Positions 15,842 through 24,112 of a DNA stretch of 40,956 nt are shown one piece after another. Source of the stretch: a virus; the IMG/VR virus record IMGVR_UViG_3300045988_162559; one strand, 5' to 3'. Within the stretch, counting starts at the first letter, position 1, and every line of letters starts with the position of its first letter. Both the position numbers and the translations under genes were made by a program. The notes under the pieces are model-generated. The model was not told where the DNA came from and ran no database searches. It saw only the letters and a list, made by a program, of their open reading frames with translations.

Positions 15842-16910
15842 TCTATTTATAGATAGTATATTTAATGCTGCTAAATCAATAGAGAATATAGTATTAAAAA
15901 AGAAGTATAACTGGGATAAATTATTCTTTGAGATTAACCTATGTAATCGTAGTAAAGAATATCCTATATTACATCATCAATATAAAGATAATGATTTTTA
16001 TTTTACAATTCCTATAGGGCTTTCAATAAATGATTTTATAAAATATAAAATAGAAATAGCTACTTTTCTAAAGGTAAATCCAGATAAACTAAAGATAGAG
16101 TATAAAAACAAGTTGATATTAATTCATATAAATAACAATGATGAAAAATACAATTATAATGATTTTTGCTTTGACGATAAAAAAGGAGTGCCAATCGGAA
16201 TAGATTTAGACACACATAATATTGTTTACTGGTACTATAGTTCAGCAAATGAATGTCACCTATTAATTGCAGGGGCGACGGGTTCAGGCAAATCAGTTTG
16301 TTTAGATGTAATTGTCAATAATCTAATAAAGAGAAAAAATATAGATTTGTATATTCAAGATACAAAATTAATAGATCTGTATCAATATAAAAATAAATGT
16401 AAGTATTATGGGGAAGGTAAAAATGGTATAGAGGACATTATGGAAGAATTAACAGAGGAAATGGAAAAAAGATATAAAGTTTTAAGAAGAAATAAAGATA
16501 AGAAATATAAAGCTATATTCTTAATAATAGAAGAGTTAGCAAGTTTTAATCCAAAGATAGATAAGGAATTTTATAGATTACTAGGAGAACTATTAGCAAA
16601 AGGTAGAGCAGCGAGTATTTATGTAATACTGACAACACAAACACCTTATGCTGAAATATTACCAGGAATTCTGAAATCTAATATTAACACAAAAATTGGA
16701 TTAAAGGTAAATACAAAGGAAGCAAGCAAAGTAATAGCAGGAGATTATGAAGCTTTAATGAATTTGAGAGGAAAAGGACATGGAAAGATTTTTACAGGAA
16801 ATAGTGTAAGAGAGATACAATGCTTTGAAATAAAAAAAGAAGCATCTACTGCTGCAACAGTAAATGCTCCAGATAGTAATAAGGCCAACAGAACCGAAAA
16901 AACTATCTAA
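15834..16910 (+). CDS. FtsK/SpoIIIE-family DNA translocase-like ATPase, soluble (no TM segment)
   Basis: Walker A LLIAGATGSGKS (16272..16295), Walker B AIFLIIEE, GRAASIYVILTTQTP and LRGKGHG. The TTG start overlaps the upstream stop by 8 nt, so the two genes are translationally coupled. Confidence 0.8.
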   Translation: MINLFIDSIFNAAKSIENIVLKKKYNWDKLFFEINLCNRSKEYPILHHQYKDNDFYFTIPIGLSINDFIKYKIEIATFLKVNPDKLKIEYKNKLILIHINNNDEKYNYNDFCFDDKKGVPIGIDLDTHNIVYWYYSSANECHLLIAGATGSGKSVCLDVIVNNLIKRKNIDLYIQDTKLIDLYQYKNKCKYYGEGKNGIEDIMEELTEEMEKRYKVLRRNKDKKYKAIFLIIEELASFNPKIDKEFYRLLGELLAKGRAASIYVILTTQTPYAEILPGILKSNINTKIGLKVNTKEASKVIAGDYEALMNLRGKGHGKIFTGNSVREIQCFEIKKEASTAATVNAPDSNKANRTEKTI

Positions 16911-16929
16911 TAATATTATAATAGTATAC

Positions 16930-16967
16930 AGAAAGAAGTACAAATAATTTTTACTGTACTTCTTTCT
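16930..16967 (+). terminator. Terminator after the FtsK-like gene
   Basis: 13-bp perfect stem agaaagaagtaca / tgtacttctttct with a 12-nt loop, then atttta. Confidence 0.65.
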
Positions 16968-16974
16968 ATTTTAG

Positions 16975-17026
16975 TGCTTGTACTAAATAACATTAACCAG
17001 GTGGTGATAGTAACTTAGTACAAGCA
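16975..17026. other. 52-bp dyad (12-bp perfect arms tgcttgtactaa / ttagtacaagca around a 28-bp core): candidate attP for the serine integrase
   Basis: It lies 15 bp from the integrase stop codon. The size and imperfect inner symmetry (accaggt centre) match what serine-integrase attP sites look like. Confidence 0.35.
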
Positions 17027-17040
17027 AATGTGTAAAAAAA

Positions 17041-18405
17041 TTATAAAAATTTAATGTCAATATTATAATTTCCATCAATAGTTATAACATCAATAAAAGA
17101 TGTCCAAAATCTTTTACGTTCGGTAGCATCTAAATTATAATATATATCTTCTATATTATCTAATATAGATAGTAATTTATCAGCATCTTTAGGAGCTACT
17201 TTTGCAACTTCTTTATTTTTTATTTCTTCTAAAGCCTGGTTAAATATAGCATAATCTTTTTTATAGTCTTCTAATGAAATCAAATCATTTAGATATAATT
17301 CTCTTAATTTATCTATTTTCTTTTGAATTTTAGCTTTATTTTGAGAAATATCAGTAGAACTTGATTTTTTTGAAGAAACATCAAAAGAATACAGATAATT
17401 TTTATATTCTTCAACTATACAATTCAAAAGTACCTTTTCAAGTTTTTTTTCATTTATAGATTTTTTCTGATCACAATCTTTATAGATGCTATATCTATTA
17501 CATCTATATGTTTTTATTACATTTTTACCACTTCTATTACTATAATGTCCGACAATTTTATAACCACAATGTGCACATTTTAAGAGGCCACTGAAAATAT
17601 AAGTTTCTTTTCTGTTATTAGATACATATTGCTTATTATTTTTCAATATCCTTTGGACATTGCTAAATTGCTCTAGAGAAATAATTGGCTCGCAGTAATT
17701 TTCTTTATAATAATTTTTAGATTTATAAGTTCCTGTATAAATTATATTTTTTAATAATTTATTAAAACTCCTAAAACTTGTAGGTTGATTATAAACATTA
17801 TTTATCTGTATAAAAGCAGCACGAGCTGACATTAATTCTTCAACCAAGTCGAAACTTTTTTTTACAACCCAAGCGGTATTTTCATCGATTGCTAACTTTT
17901 TATCTACAATTTTATAACCCTTTGGAACACTACCGGATATAACTTCATTTCTTTCAATCTTGTATCTAAATACGTCTTTTATACGTTCAGAGGTTTTATC
18001 CAGTTCTCTTTCTGCTAAAGATAATTTTAAGTTAAATGTAAATTTACCATCTGCAGTTGAAGTGTCTATGTCATCTTCGAAAATTGCTTTCATACAGACA
18101 TTATTACTCTTAAATTGTTGGTCCAATAAATTAGCATCTATTATATTTCTACTTAATCTATCTAATTTTGTAAAAAGAACTATATCAAATTTATCAAGAT
18201 CTGATAATAGATTTTGTAATCCTTGTCTTTTTGTGTTTTTAGCGGTTAAACCTTCATCAATATAAAATTTATATATTTTATAATTATTTCTTTTACAATA
18301 TTGCTTCAAATCTTCTTTTTGTGCTTCTATAGATAATCCATGAAGCTTTTGTTCTTCATGAGATACTCTACAATAGCAAGCAGCTTTTTTAACTATTGTT
18401 TCCAT
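17041..18405 (-). CDS. Large serine recombinase (phage integrase)
   Basis: Resolvase-type N-terminus AACYCRVSHEEQKLHGLSIEAQ, recombinase domain, Cys cluster CAHCGYK...RCNRY and a C-terminal coiled coil. The start at Met-24 of the track ORF (METIVKK) is preceded by AAGGGG. Confidence 0.9.
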   Translation of the reverse strand: METIVKKAACYCRVSHEEQKLHGLSIEAQKEDLKQYCKRNNYKIYKFYIDEGLTAKNTKRQGLQNLLSDLDKFDIVLFTKLDRLSRNIIDANLLDQQFKSNNVCMKAIFEDDIDTSTADGKFTFNLKLSLAERELDKTSERIKDVFRYKIERNEVISGSVPKGYKIVDKKLAIDENTAWVVKKSFDLVEELMSARAAFIQINNVYNQPTSFRSFNKLLKNIIYTGTYKSKNYYKENYCEPIISLEQFSNVQRILKNNKQYVSNNRKETYIFSGLLKCAHCGYKIVGHYSNRSGKNVIKTYRCNRYSIYKDCDQKKSINEKKLEKVLLNCIVEEYKNYLYSFDVSSKKSSSTDISQNKAKIQKKIDKLRELYLNDLISLEDYKKDYAIFNQALEEIKNKEVAKVAPKDADKLLSILDNIEDIYYNLDATERKRFWTSFIDVITIDGNYNIDIKFL

Positions 18406-18578
18406 TATGATTACCCCTTTGCTAAATGTTATAGTATATAAATATTTTAAACAATAAATTTTGGATTTACTCATAAAATATAATTTTTTTAAAAATTTTT
18501 TTTAATAAGTTACTTTTTAGTTATAAATAAATAAACAGATTTCTATCATATAAAAACGCCAATTTTGGGGAGACTAAA

Positions 18579-18800
18579 ATGAACGAAAGGAAAAAGGATA
18601 TGATAGAAATTAAAATACGTGAAATGCGAGATAAAAAAAGAATATCTTTAAGAACATTAAGTAGAAAAACGAAGATAAGTATAGGGGCATTAAATAATTA
18701 TGAAAATAATAAAACAAGTCCAACATTAGATAATATTGAAGAAATAGCAAAGGCACTTAATTGTAAAATAACCGATTTATTTGAGTCAGAATATAAGTAA
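18579..18800 (+). CDS. XRE-family HTH regulator (73 aa), divergent from the integrase
   Basis: ISLRTLSRKTKISIGALNNYENNKTSPTLDNIEEIAKAL is an HTH_3 pattern. RBS GGGGAGA. Confidence 0.75.
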   Translation: MNERKKDMIEIKIREMRDKKRISLRTLSRKTKISIGALNNYENNKTSPTLDNIEEIAKALNCKITDLFESEYK

Positions 18801-18808
18801 ACAAAAAA

Positions 18809-18830
18809 AGTGTTCATATATATGAACACT
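18809..18830. terminator. Perfect 22-bp palindrome agtgttcatatatatgaacact (terminator-like, with an A run on the 5' side)
   Basis: Read directly. The T run is present only for minus-strand transcription. Confidence 0.4.
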
Positions 18831-18906
18831 TTGGGAAAAATGTAGAAAAATAAAGAAAATGTAACTACAATCAAACTATAAAAAATAAAACCAAAATTCA
18901 AAAAAG

Positions 18907-18961
18907 TTGCACGATTAAAAGAAAAGATTTACAATTATAATTAAATCGAACGTAAGTTCGA
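18907..18961 (+). promoter_or_regulatory. Sigma-A-like promoter (TTGCAC-17-TACAAT) followed by the dyad tcgaac-gtaa-gttcga (18946..18961)
   Basis: -35 at 18907..18912 and -10 at 18930..18935. The dyad lies just downstream of the predicted transcription start. Confidence 0.55.
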
Positions 18962-18988
18962 GATAAATTCAAACAGGGGGATTTAAAA

Positions 18989-19132
18989 ATGGATAAAAAG
19001 CTAGATAAAAAGCTAGATAAAAAAGAAAAAGATTTATATACAGAAACAATAATAAAAATGATAAAAAATATGAATGAAATTGAAAAGAAGAGAATATATA
19101 AATTTGTATCATATGTTTATAATAGAAAATAA
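18989..19132 (+). CDS. Hypothetical 47-aa protein (MDKKLDKKLDKKEKDLY...)
   Basis: RBS CAGGGGGA, its own promoter and a shared bidirectional terminator. Absent from the track because it is under 60 aa. Confidence 0.45.
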   Translation: MDKKLDKKLDKKEKDLYTETIIKMIKNMNEIEKKRIYKFVSYVYNRK

Positions 19133-19157
19133 GTCCAGGAAACTGGACTTATTTTTT
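19127..19157. terminator. Bidirectional terminator between the 47-aa gene and the repressor gene
   Basis: aagtccag-gaaa-ctggactt, flanked by A/T runs on both sides. Confidence 0.75.
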
Positions 19158-19536
19158 ATTCTGATTCTTTCTTTATTTCTAGAAATCTATCAATTATTTT
19201 TTCTAGTGTTTCTAATTCATCTTCACTTAAAGAAGCAAAAGTTTTAAATAAATTTTTATGAAAATTATTTTCTCCAGTCATTATATAATCAATTTTTGCC
19301 AAATAATCTTCATCATCTTTATTATTAGAAAACATTTCACCTTCGCCAGTTGTAAGCCACATATAATCAACTTTGAACTCACTACAAGTCAACTTTATAC
19401 TTGCCTCTTTTAAGTTATATTTTCCATTTTCAATATCGCTTACAGTATTTGCCTTTAAACCTATTTTTTCGCCAAAGTCTTTTTGAGTCATTTTTAAAGT
19501 TTTTCTTAAATATTTTAATCTTTCACCTTTATTCAT
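19156..19536 (-). CDS. CI-like phage repressor (XRE HTH, 126 aa)
   Basis: LKYLRKTLKMTQKDFGEKIGLKANTVSDIENGKYN is an HTH_3 pattern. It is divergent from the early operon. Confidence 0.75.
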   Translation of the reverse strand: MNKGERLKYLRKTLKMTQKDFGEKIGLKANTVSDIENGKYNLKEASIKLTCSEFKVDYMWLTTGEGEMFSNNKDDEDYLAKIDYIMTGENNFHKNLFKTFASLSEDELETLEKIIDRFLEIKKESE

Positions 19537-19554
19537 GATATCACCTCTATATTA

Positions 19555-19583
19555 ATAATATCGGAAAGCGAAAAAAAAATCAA
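19555..19583 (-). promoter_or_regulatory. Repressor-gene promoter (minus strand TTGATT-17-TATTAT)
   Basis: -35 is the complement of 19578..19583 and -10 the complement of 19555..19560. The AATATCGGAAA box at 19557..19567 overlaps it. Confidence 0.55.
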
Positions 19584-19591
19584 TAAATTTA

Positions 19592-19644
19592 TTGACAAAT
19601 ATCGGAAAATGAAATAATATATAAGTATAAAATCGAAATGCGAT
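19592..19644 (+). promoter_or_regulatory. Early lytic promoter (TTGACA-17-TAATAT) with operator boxes
   Basis: -35 at 19592..19597 and -10 at 19615..19620. A second AATATCGGAAA box (19598..19608) lies in the spacer, and an atcgaaatgcgat element lies at 19632..19644. Confidence 0.65.
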
Positions 19645-19663
19645 AAAAAAGGGGGATAAAAAG

Positions 19664-19828
19664 ATGAAAAACGAAAAAATAGAAAAAATAGAAAATATAG
19701 CTGAAAAATTTATGTCATTAGACGAAAAATCAAAACAATTTGTTGCTGGATATATGTCAGCTAGAATTGAAGCAGCAGAGGAAATAAAAAAGCTAAAAGA
19801 ACAAATTAAAGCAATAAAGGCGAGTTAA
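19664..19828 (+). CDS. Hypothetical 54-aa early protein
   Basis: RBS AAGGGGGA. It is the first gene downstream of the early promoter. The hairpin aggcgag-ttaat-ctcgcct overlaps its stop codon. Confidence 0.5.
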   Translation: MKNEKIEKIENIAEKFMSLDEKSKQFVAGYMSARIEAAEEIKKLKEQIKAIKAS

Positions 19829-19850
19829 TCTCGCCTAAGGGGGAATACGA

Positions 19851-20000
19851 GTGAAAGCTAAAAATGAACCTAAAGTAAAATTCATAAATGAACTTGACAT
19901 AAATAAATTAACTAAAGGCCTAGAAAGTATATTAGGTAAAAAATACAATGTGGACATAAAAATAACAGCTACAAAGAAAACTGATAGAGAGGGGGCTTAA
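19851..20000 (+). CDS. Hypothetical 49-aa protein (GTG start)
   Basis: RBS AAGGGGGA lies 6 nt upstream of the GTG. The gene is tightly packed against the next gene. Confidence 0.4.
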   Translation: MKAKNEPKVKFINELDINKLTKGLESILGKKYNVDIKITATKKTDREGA

Positions 20001-20002
20001 AG

Positions 20003-20236
20003 ATGAAAAAGATAGTAGAATTTACACTTCAAGAAGCATCTGATTTAGAGGATATCTTTGAACGCCAAATAATAGAACTTACACAAAGTATTAACGGGTT
20101 TAAAAGAAATAAGTTGAAAGCATCTACTATTTCTTCAATAGAGGGATATGAAGAACTGATTGAAAGATGTGAAAAAGCAAGAAATATCAATAGAAATTTA
20201 CTAAAGAAAATAAGAGAAACTAAAATAACAAATTAG
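20003..20236 (+). CDS. Hypothetical protein (77 aa)
   Basis: ORF with RBS GAGAGGGGG. No recognisable motif. Confidence 0.5.
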   Translation: MKKIVEFTLQEASDLEDIFERQIIELTQSINGFKRNKLKASTISSIEGYEELIERCEKARNINRNLLKKIRETKITN

Positions 20237-20248
20237 GGGGGAAAGATT

Positions 20249-20731
20249 ATGAAACACTTAGAAGATTTGACAGTTAAAGAATTAAGACAAGCAGCAAAAG
20301 AACTAAATGTAAAAGGAAGAAGCAAAATGAATAAGGCAGAATTAATTGAAGCCTTAAAGACAAGAGAACCAAAGAAAGAAAAAACAGAAGAAAAGACTAA
20401 TCAAGAAGCTAATCAAAACACAGATCATAAAGTAGTAAGAAAAATAGTACAAAATAAAAATACAGATTCTAAAGGACTAATCAGAATATGGCACGATGTA
20501 GTGAGAACATTACCACCAGGAACACCAGTAACAGTTAAGATGTTTTCAGATGAAGATGTAATAAAAACATTTACTGGAAGACTTAAAGAAGGCAATAGAA
20601 AAAGGGATGATGGATTGCAAGATGTTTTTATAAAAATAAGAGCTAAAAAACCTTTCAATATACAACTTTACGATAACATTCAAGTATTTATGACAGAAAA
20701 AGATTATCAGAAAGCACGATATGGTGAGTAA
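20249..20731 (+). CDS. Protein with an N-terminal Rho_N/SAP-like (HeH) domain
   Basis: LTVKELRQAAKELNVKGRSKMNKAELIEALK is the classic Rho N-terminal/SAP-like helix-extension-helix pattern. RBS GGGGGGA. Confidence 0.5.
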   Translation: MKHLEDLTVKELRQAAKELNVKGRSKMNKAELIEALKTREPKKEKTEEKTNQEANQNTDHKVVRKIVQNKNTDSKGLIRIWHDVVRTLPPGTPVTVKMFSDEDVIKTFTGRLKEGNRKRDDGLQDVFIKIRAKKPFNIQLYDNIQVFMTEKDYQKARYGE

Positions 20732-20786
20732 TTTTTATACTCTAAAATAAATTCTGAGTAGTAAAGAGAAGGGGGAAAGATAAAAA

Positions 20787-20906
20787 ATGGTAGTTTATTT
20801 CAAAGATGAGGAAACAATGGTTATAGAAACAGAAGGCAACAAAGTAGAAATCAAAATAAAAGATAAAAATCAAGATAAAAACTTGAAATTAGAGTTTGAA
20901 AAATAG
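20787..20906 (+). CDS. Hypothetical 39-aa protein
   Basis: RBS AAGGGGGAAAG lies 7 nt before the ATG. Below the ORF-track size cutoff. Confidence 0.35.
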   Translation: MVVYFKDEETMVIETEGNKVEIKIKDKNQDKNLKLEFEK

Positions 20907-21040
20907 CTAGAAAAATTAAAGTAAAATCAAGTCGAGAGTTGCACCAATCACGGTGTTTACTGACTTGATAATACTATTAACTTTAGAACATATAATAAAT
21001 AATTTTAATTTATATTATTTATGATTTGGGGGAAGTAAAA

Positions 21041-21799
21041 ATGTCATATATACAAAAGACAATAATATCAGGGAAAGTAGTAGAAGTTATAAAACAGTAT
21101 GACAGAAAACACTTCCCTAAAGGTAAACATACTAAGTTTAAGAAAAGTGATATTAGAGGACCAAAAGAAAATAAAACTACTGAACAACAAGAAAAAGTGA
21201 ATTATAGACAAAAAGAATTAAAACTTACTAGACTATTAAATTGTAACTTTCAAGGTGGAGATTATCATATAGTTTTTTCTTATAAAGAAGATCTTAGACC
21301 AAATAGCATAGAAGAGTTAAAAGATGATAAAAAGAAGTTGCTAAGAAAAGTAAGAACTGAATATAAAAAACAAGGAAAAGAACTTAAATATATAGCAGTA
21401 GCGGAAGTAGGAAAAAGAAAAGCATTACATTTCCATTTTGTTGTTAATCAAATTGATACGAGTATATTCCAAAAATGTTGGACAAAAGGATTTATAAAAA
21501 TAAGTCTATTAGATAATTCAGGACAATATAAAGATTTAGCGGCTTATTTATTAAAATATACTAAAACAAATAAAGAAGAAGCTAAACAACTTAATGGTGC
21601 TGCATGGAACAGTAGTAAAAATTTAGACAAGCCAGTTGTAAAAGTAAAAGTAATAACAAGAAGTCAATTTTTTAAAGAAGAAGTAACACAATCAAAAGAA
21701 TATAAAGAGTATTACTTAGAAAAAGATAGTGTTTATACAGGCTTTAATGAGTTTACTGGTTATAAATTTTTTAAATACACACTAATTAGATTGAATTGA
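21041..21799 (+). CDS. HUH-type rolling-circle replication initiator-like protein
   Basis: KRKALHFHFVVN (HUH motif) and LAAYLLKYTKT (Tyr motif) in the expected order. The start at ATG 21041 follows GGGGGAAG. Confidence 0.5.
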   Translation: MSYIQKTIISGKVVEVIKQYDRKHFPKGKHTKFKKSDIRGPKENKTTEQQEKVNYRQKELKLTRLLNCNFQGGDYHIVFSYKEDLRPNSIEELKDDKKKLLRKVRTEYKKQGKELKYIAVAEVGKRKALHFHFVVNQIDTSIFQKCWTKGFIKISLLDNSGQYKDLAAYLLKYTKTNKEEAKQLNGAAWNSSKNLDKPVVKVKVITRSQFFKEEVTQSKEYKEYYLEKDSVYTGFNEFTGYKFFKYTLIRLN

Positions 21800-21813
21800 T
21801 AGGGGGAATTGAG

Positions 21814-22251
21814 TTGAGTAAATATAGTAAAACATATTATCTAAGAGAAAAAAGAGAAGATTCCGAACAAATGCAAATTATAAATTACTGTAATAGTATG
21901 AGTGCATATATACCAGAATATGAAATGATTTATCATATACCGAATGAAGGTAAAAGAAAAAATGGGGCTAAGCTAAAAAGAATTGGATTAAGAAAAGGTG
22001 TGCCAGATTTGTGTATGCCAGTACCTCGAATGGGATTTCATGGCCTATACATAGAACTTAAAAAAGATAGTACTAAAAAGGCAAGTAAAGAGCAACAGGA
22101 ATGGCTATTTAAGTTAGAGCAACAAGGATATGCAATATCACTTTGTTATGGAGCAGTTGAAGCAATTAATCTTATAACTGCTTATATGGATTCTGACTAT
22201 GAGACATTCAAAGATAACTATAGAAATGCGAAAGGTGAAAAAAGATACTAA
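21814..22251 (+). CDS. VRR-NUC domain nuclease
   Basis: YHIPNEGKR...KGVPDLCMP...GLYIELKK...EQQEWLFKLEQQGY (PD...ExK). The TTG start lies 6 nt after AGGGGGA. Confidence 0.7.
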   Translation: MSKYSKTYYLREKREDSEQMQIINYCNSMSAYIPEYEMIYHIPNEGKRKNGAKLKRIGLRKGVPDLCMPVPRMGFHGLYIELKKDSTKKASKEQQEWLFKLEQQGYAISLCYGAVEAINLITAYMDSDYETFKDNYRNAKGEKRY

Positions 22252-22266
22252 TAGGGGGAATAAACA

Positions 22267-23235
22267 GTGATAATAGATAAATTTATTGTACACATGCTGG
22301 ATATAAATTTAGACAAACCGATGTTAGCTGACTTTATAGGAAAAGATTATTCAGATGTAGATAAATTCTTAAAGAAGCTTATAACAAAATGCCAAAAACA
22401 TGATGAAACAATGAGGGCAAAATGGAAATATGCTGAAGAGTTTATTCAAGATTGTTGTAACAGCATTTTTGAGGATGAGGATAATTTCACAAATGCGAGT
22501 AAACAAATAGCAGCACATTATTATGACTTAATGAAGAATAACAATATATTAGAACCAGTAACACTTGTTATATGTCAATATACAGTAAATGGAACTCAAA
22601 ATATAGCAATTATGAGATTAGAAAATAAAAAGACATATAGTACAACAGTAGATCTTATAGAAGATAAATTTAATATAAATATTATTGAAAATAAGAAAAC
22701 CATTTCAACTGCATTAAAACAATGTGCATTAATACATGAGGATAATTTAATGCCACTATATGACTTAGTAATATTAGATAAAGAATCAAGTGAAGAATCA
22801 ATATTTAAGGACTTTCTAAAGGCTGAAATAATAAGAGATGATACATATAAAACTAGAGTATTTATAGATATAGCACAAATGTATATTGATGTAGGATTTG
22901 AAAAGATGGATAAAAAAGAAGCTGCTATAAGAACATTAGAGTGTATGCTTGATACAACAAGTAACATGGATATAAATAAATTTATAGATTTAAGCGGTAT
23001 AGATAGAGCTATAAAAGTGACATTAGAAAAATACGATATCTATGACAGTTTTAATATAGATAAAAAAGTAGTAGAAAAAGAGTTTAAAGTAAGATCAATA
23101 AAAACGGATACTGGATTTGTTATAAAAAATAAATTTAATGCATTTAGAGATAGTAGTAAATACAGAATTGTAAATAATCCAGATGGAACGACGGATTTGT
23201 TGATAAAAAATATTCAGTATTTTAAGGAGGGGTAG
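22267..23235 (+). CDS. Nucleoid-associated protein-like (NdpA/YejK, NA37 family-like)
   Basis: The N-terminus IIDKFIVHMLDINLDKPMLADF resembles the family signature, and the size is about right at 320 aa. GTG start after AGGGGGA. Confidence 0.45.
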   Translation: MIIDKFIVHMLDINLDKPMLADFIGKDYSDVDKFLKKLITKCQKHDETMRAKWKYAEEFIQDCCNSIFEDEDNFTNASKQIAAHYYDLMKNNNILEPVTLVICQYTVNGTQNIAIMRLENKKTYSTTVDLIEDKFNINIIENKKTISTALKQCALIHEDNLMPLYDLVILDKESSEESIFKDFLKAEIIRDDTYKTRVFIDIAQMYIDVGFEKMDKKEAAIRTLECMLDTTSNMDINKFIDLSGIDRAIKVTLEKYDIYDSFNIDKKVVEKEFKVRSIKTDTGFVIKNKFNAFRDSSKYRIVNNPDGTTDLLIKNIQYFKEG

Positions 23236-23237
23236 AA

Positions 23238-24050
23238 ATGGACAAGAATTTAATGATATTTGAAGGTAAACAAGTAGAAGTATTTGAGTTTAGTGGGGAT
23301 GTTTTATTCAATCCTTATGATGTAGGTAGATGTTTAGATATGTCAGAAGCTACAGTTAGAGACCATGTTAGAAAATTTAATGATAAACAAGTTAAGAAGC
23401 TAACTAATAAAGCAGTTTTAGATGCTGGTTTAACCAACATCCGAAAATTAAATAATGCTGGTGAAAATTTCTTAAAAGAAGCTGGAGTTTACAAGTTAGC
23501 TTTTAAATCTCATAAAGAAAGTGCTGAAAGATTTCAAGATTGGGTTACAGATATAGTATTACCTTCTATAAGAAAGACTGGAGGATATATACCAGTATCA
23601 GAAGATGAAGATGATGCAACTATAATGGCAAGGGCTTTATTAGTAGCACAAAAGACAATAGATAATAAAAATAAGGAATTAGAAGCTAAGACAAAAGAAT
23701 TAGAAGATAAAAATAGATTCATAAATCAAATAGCAGAATCAAGAAATTCATTATTAGTAAGAGAGGTAGCTAAAATAATTTCTAAATCAGACAGTAATAT
23801 CCTAATAGGTGAGAAAAGATTGTATGAGAAGCTTAGAGAGTGGGGATGGGTACATTATAAAGGAACAGAACCAAAGCAATATGCATTAGATAGAGGATAC
23901 TTAGAGGTAAAAGAAGGGACAGTTACAAATCAATCAGGTACATTTACATACTATACAACAAAAGTAACAGGAAAAGGACAAAAACGAATACTTGAAAAAT
24001 TGTTAAAAGAACAATCAGAAAAAAATAAACAGTTAAAGATAGACATTTAA
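23238..24050 (+). CDS. Antirepressor (Bro-N domain plus KilAC domain)
   Basis: FEGKQVEVFEF...FNPYDVGRCL...FQDWVTDIVLPSIRKTGGY fits Bro-N. The C-terminus VREVAKII...RLYEKLREWGWV fits KilAC. Confidence 0.8.
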   Translation: MDKNLMIFEGKQVEVFEFSGDVLFNPYDVGRCLDMSEATVRDHVRKFNDKQVKKLTNKAVLDAGLTNIRKLNNAGENFLKEAGVYKLAFKSHKESAERFQDWVTDIVLPSIRKTGGYIPVSEDEDDATIMARALLVAQKTIDNKNKELEAKTKELEDKNRFINQIAESRNSLLVREVAKIISKSDSNILIGEKRLYEKLREWGWVHYKGTEPKQYALDRGYLEVKEGTVTNQSGTFTYYTTKVTGKGQKRILEKLLKEQSEKNKQLKIDI

Positions 24051-24112
24051 CTTAAAAGACCTTCTAATTTAGATATTTACAAGATTAGAAGGTAATAAAA
24101 GGGGGAGTAAAG

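Noticed and set aside
17960-18265. Plus-strand ORF of 101 aa inside the integrase gene
   Set aside because: It is antisense to a confidently identified serine recombinase, has no RBS and has no recognisable motif.
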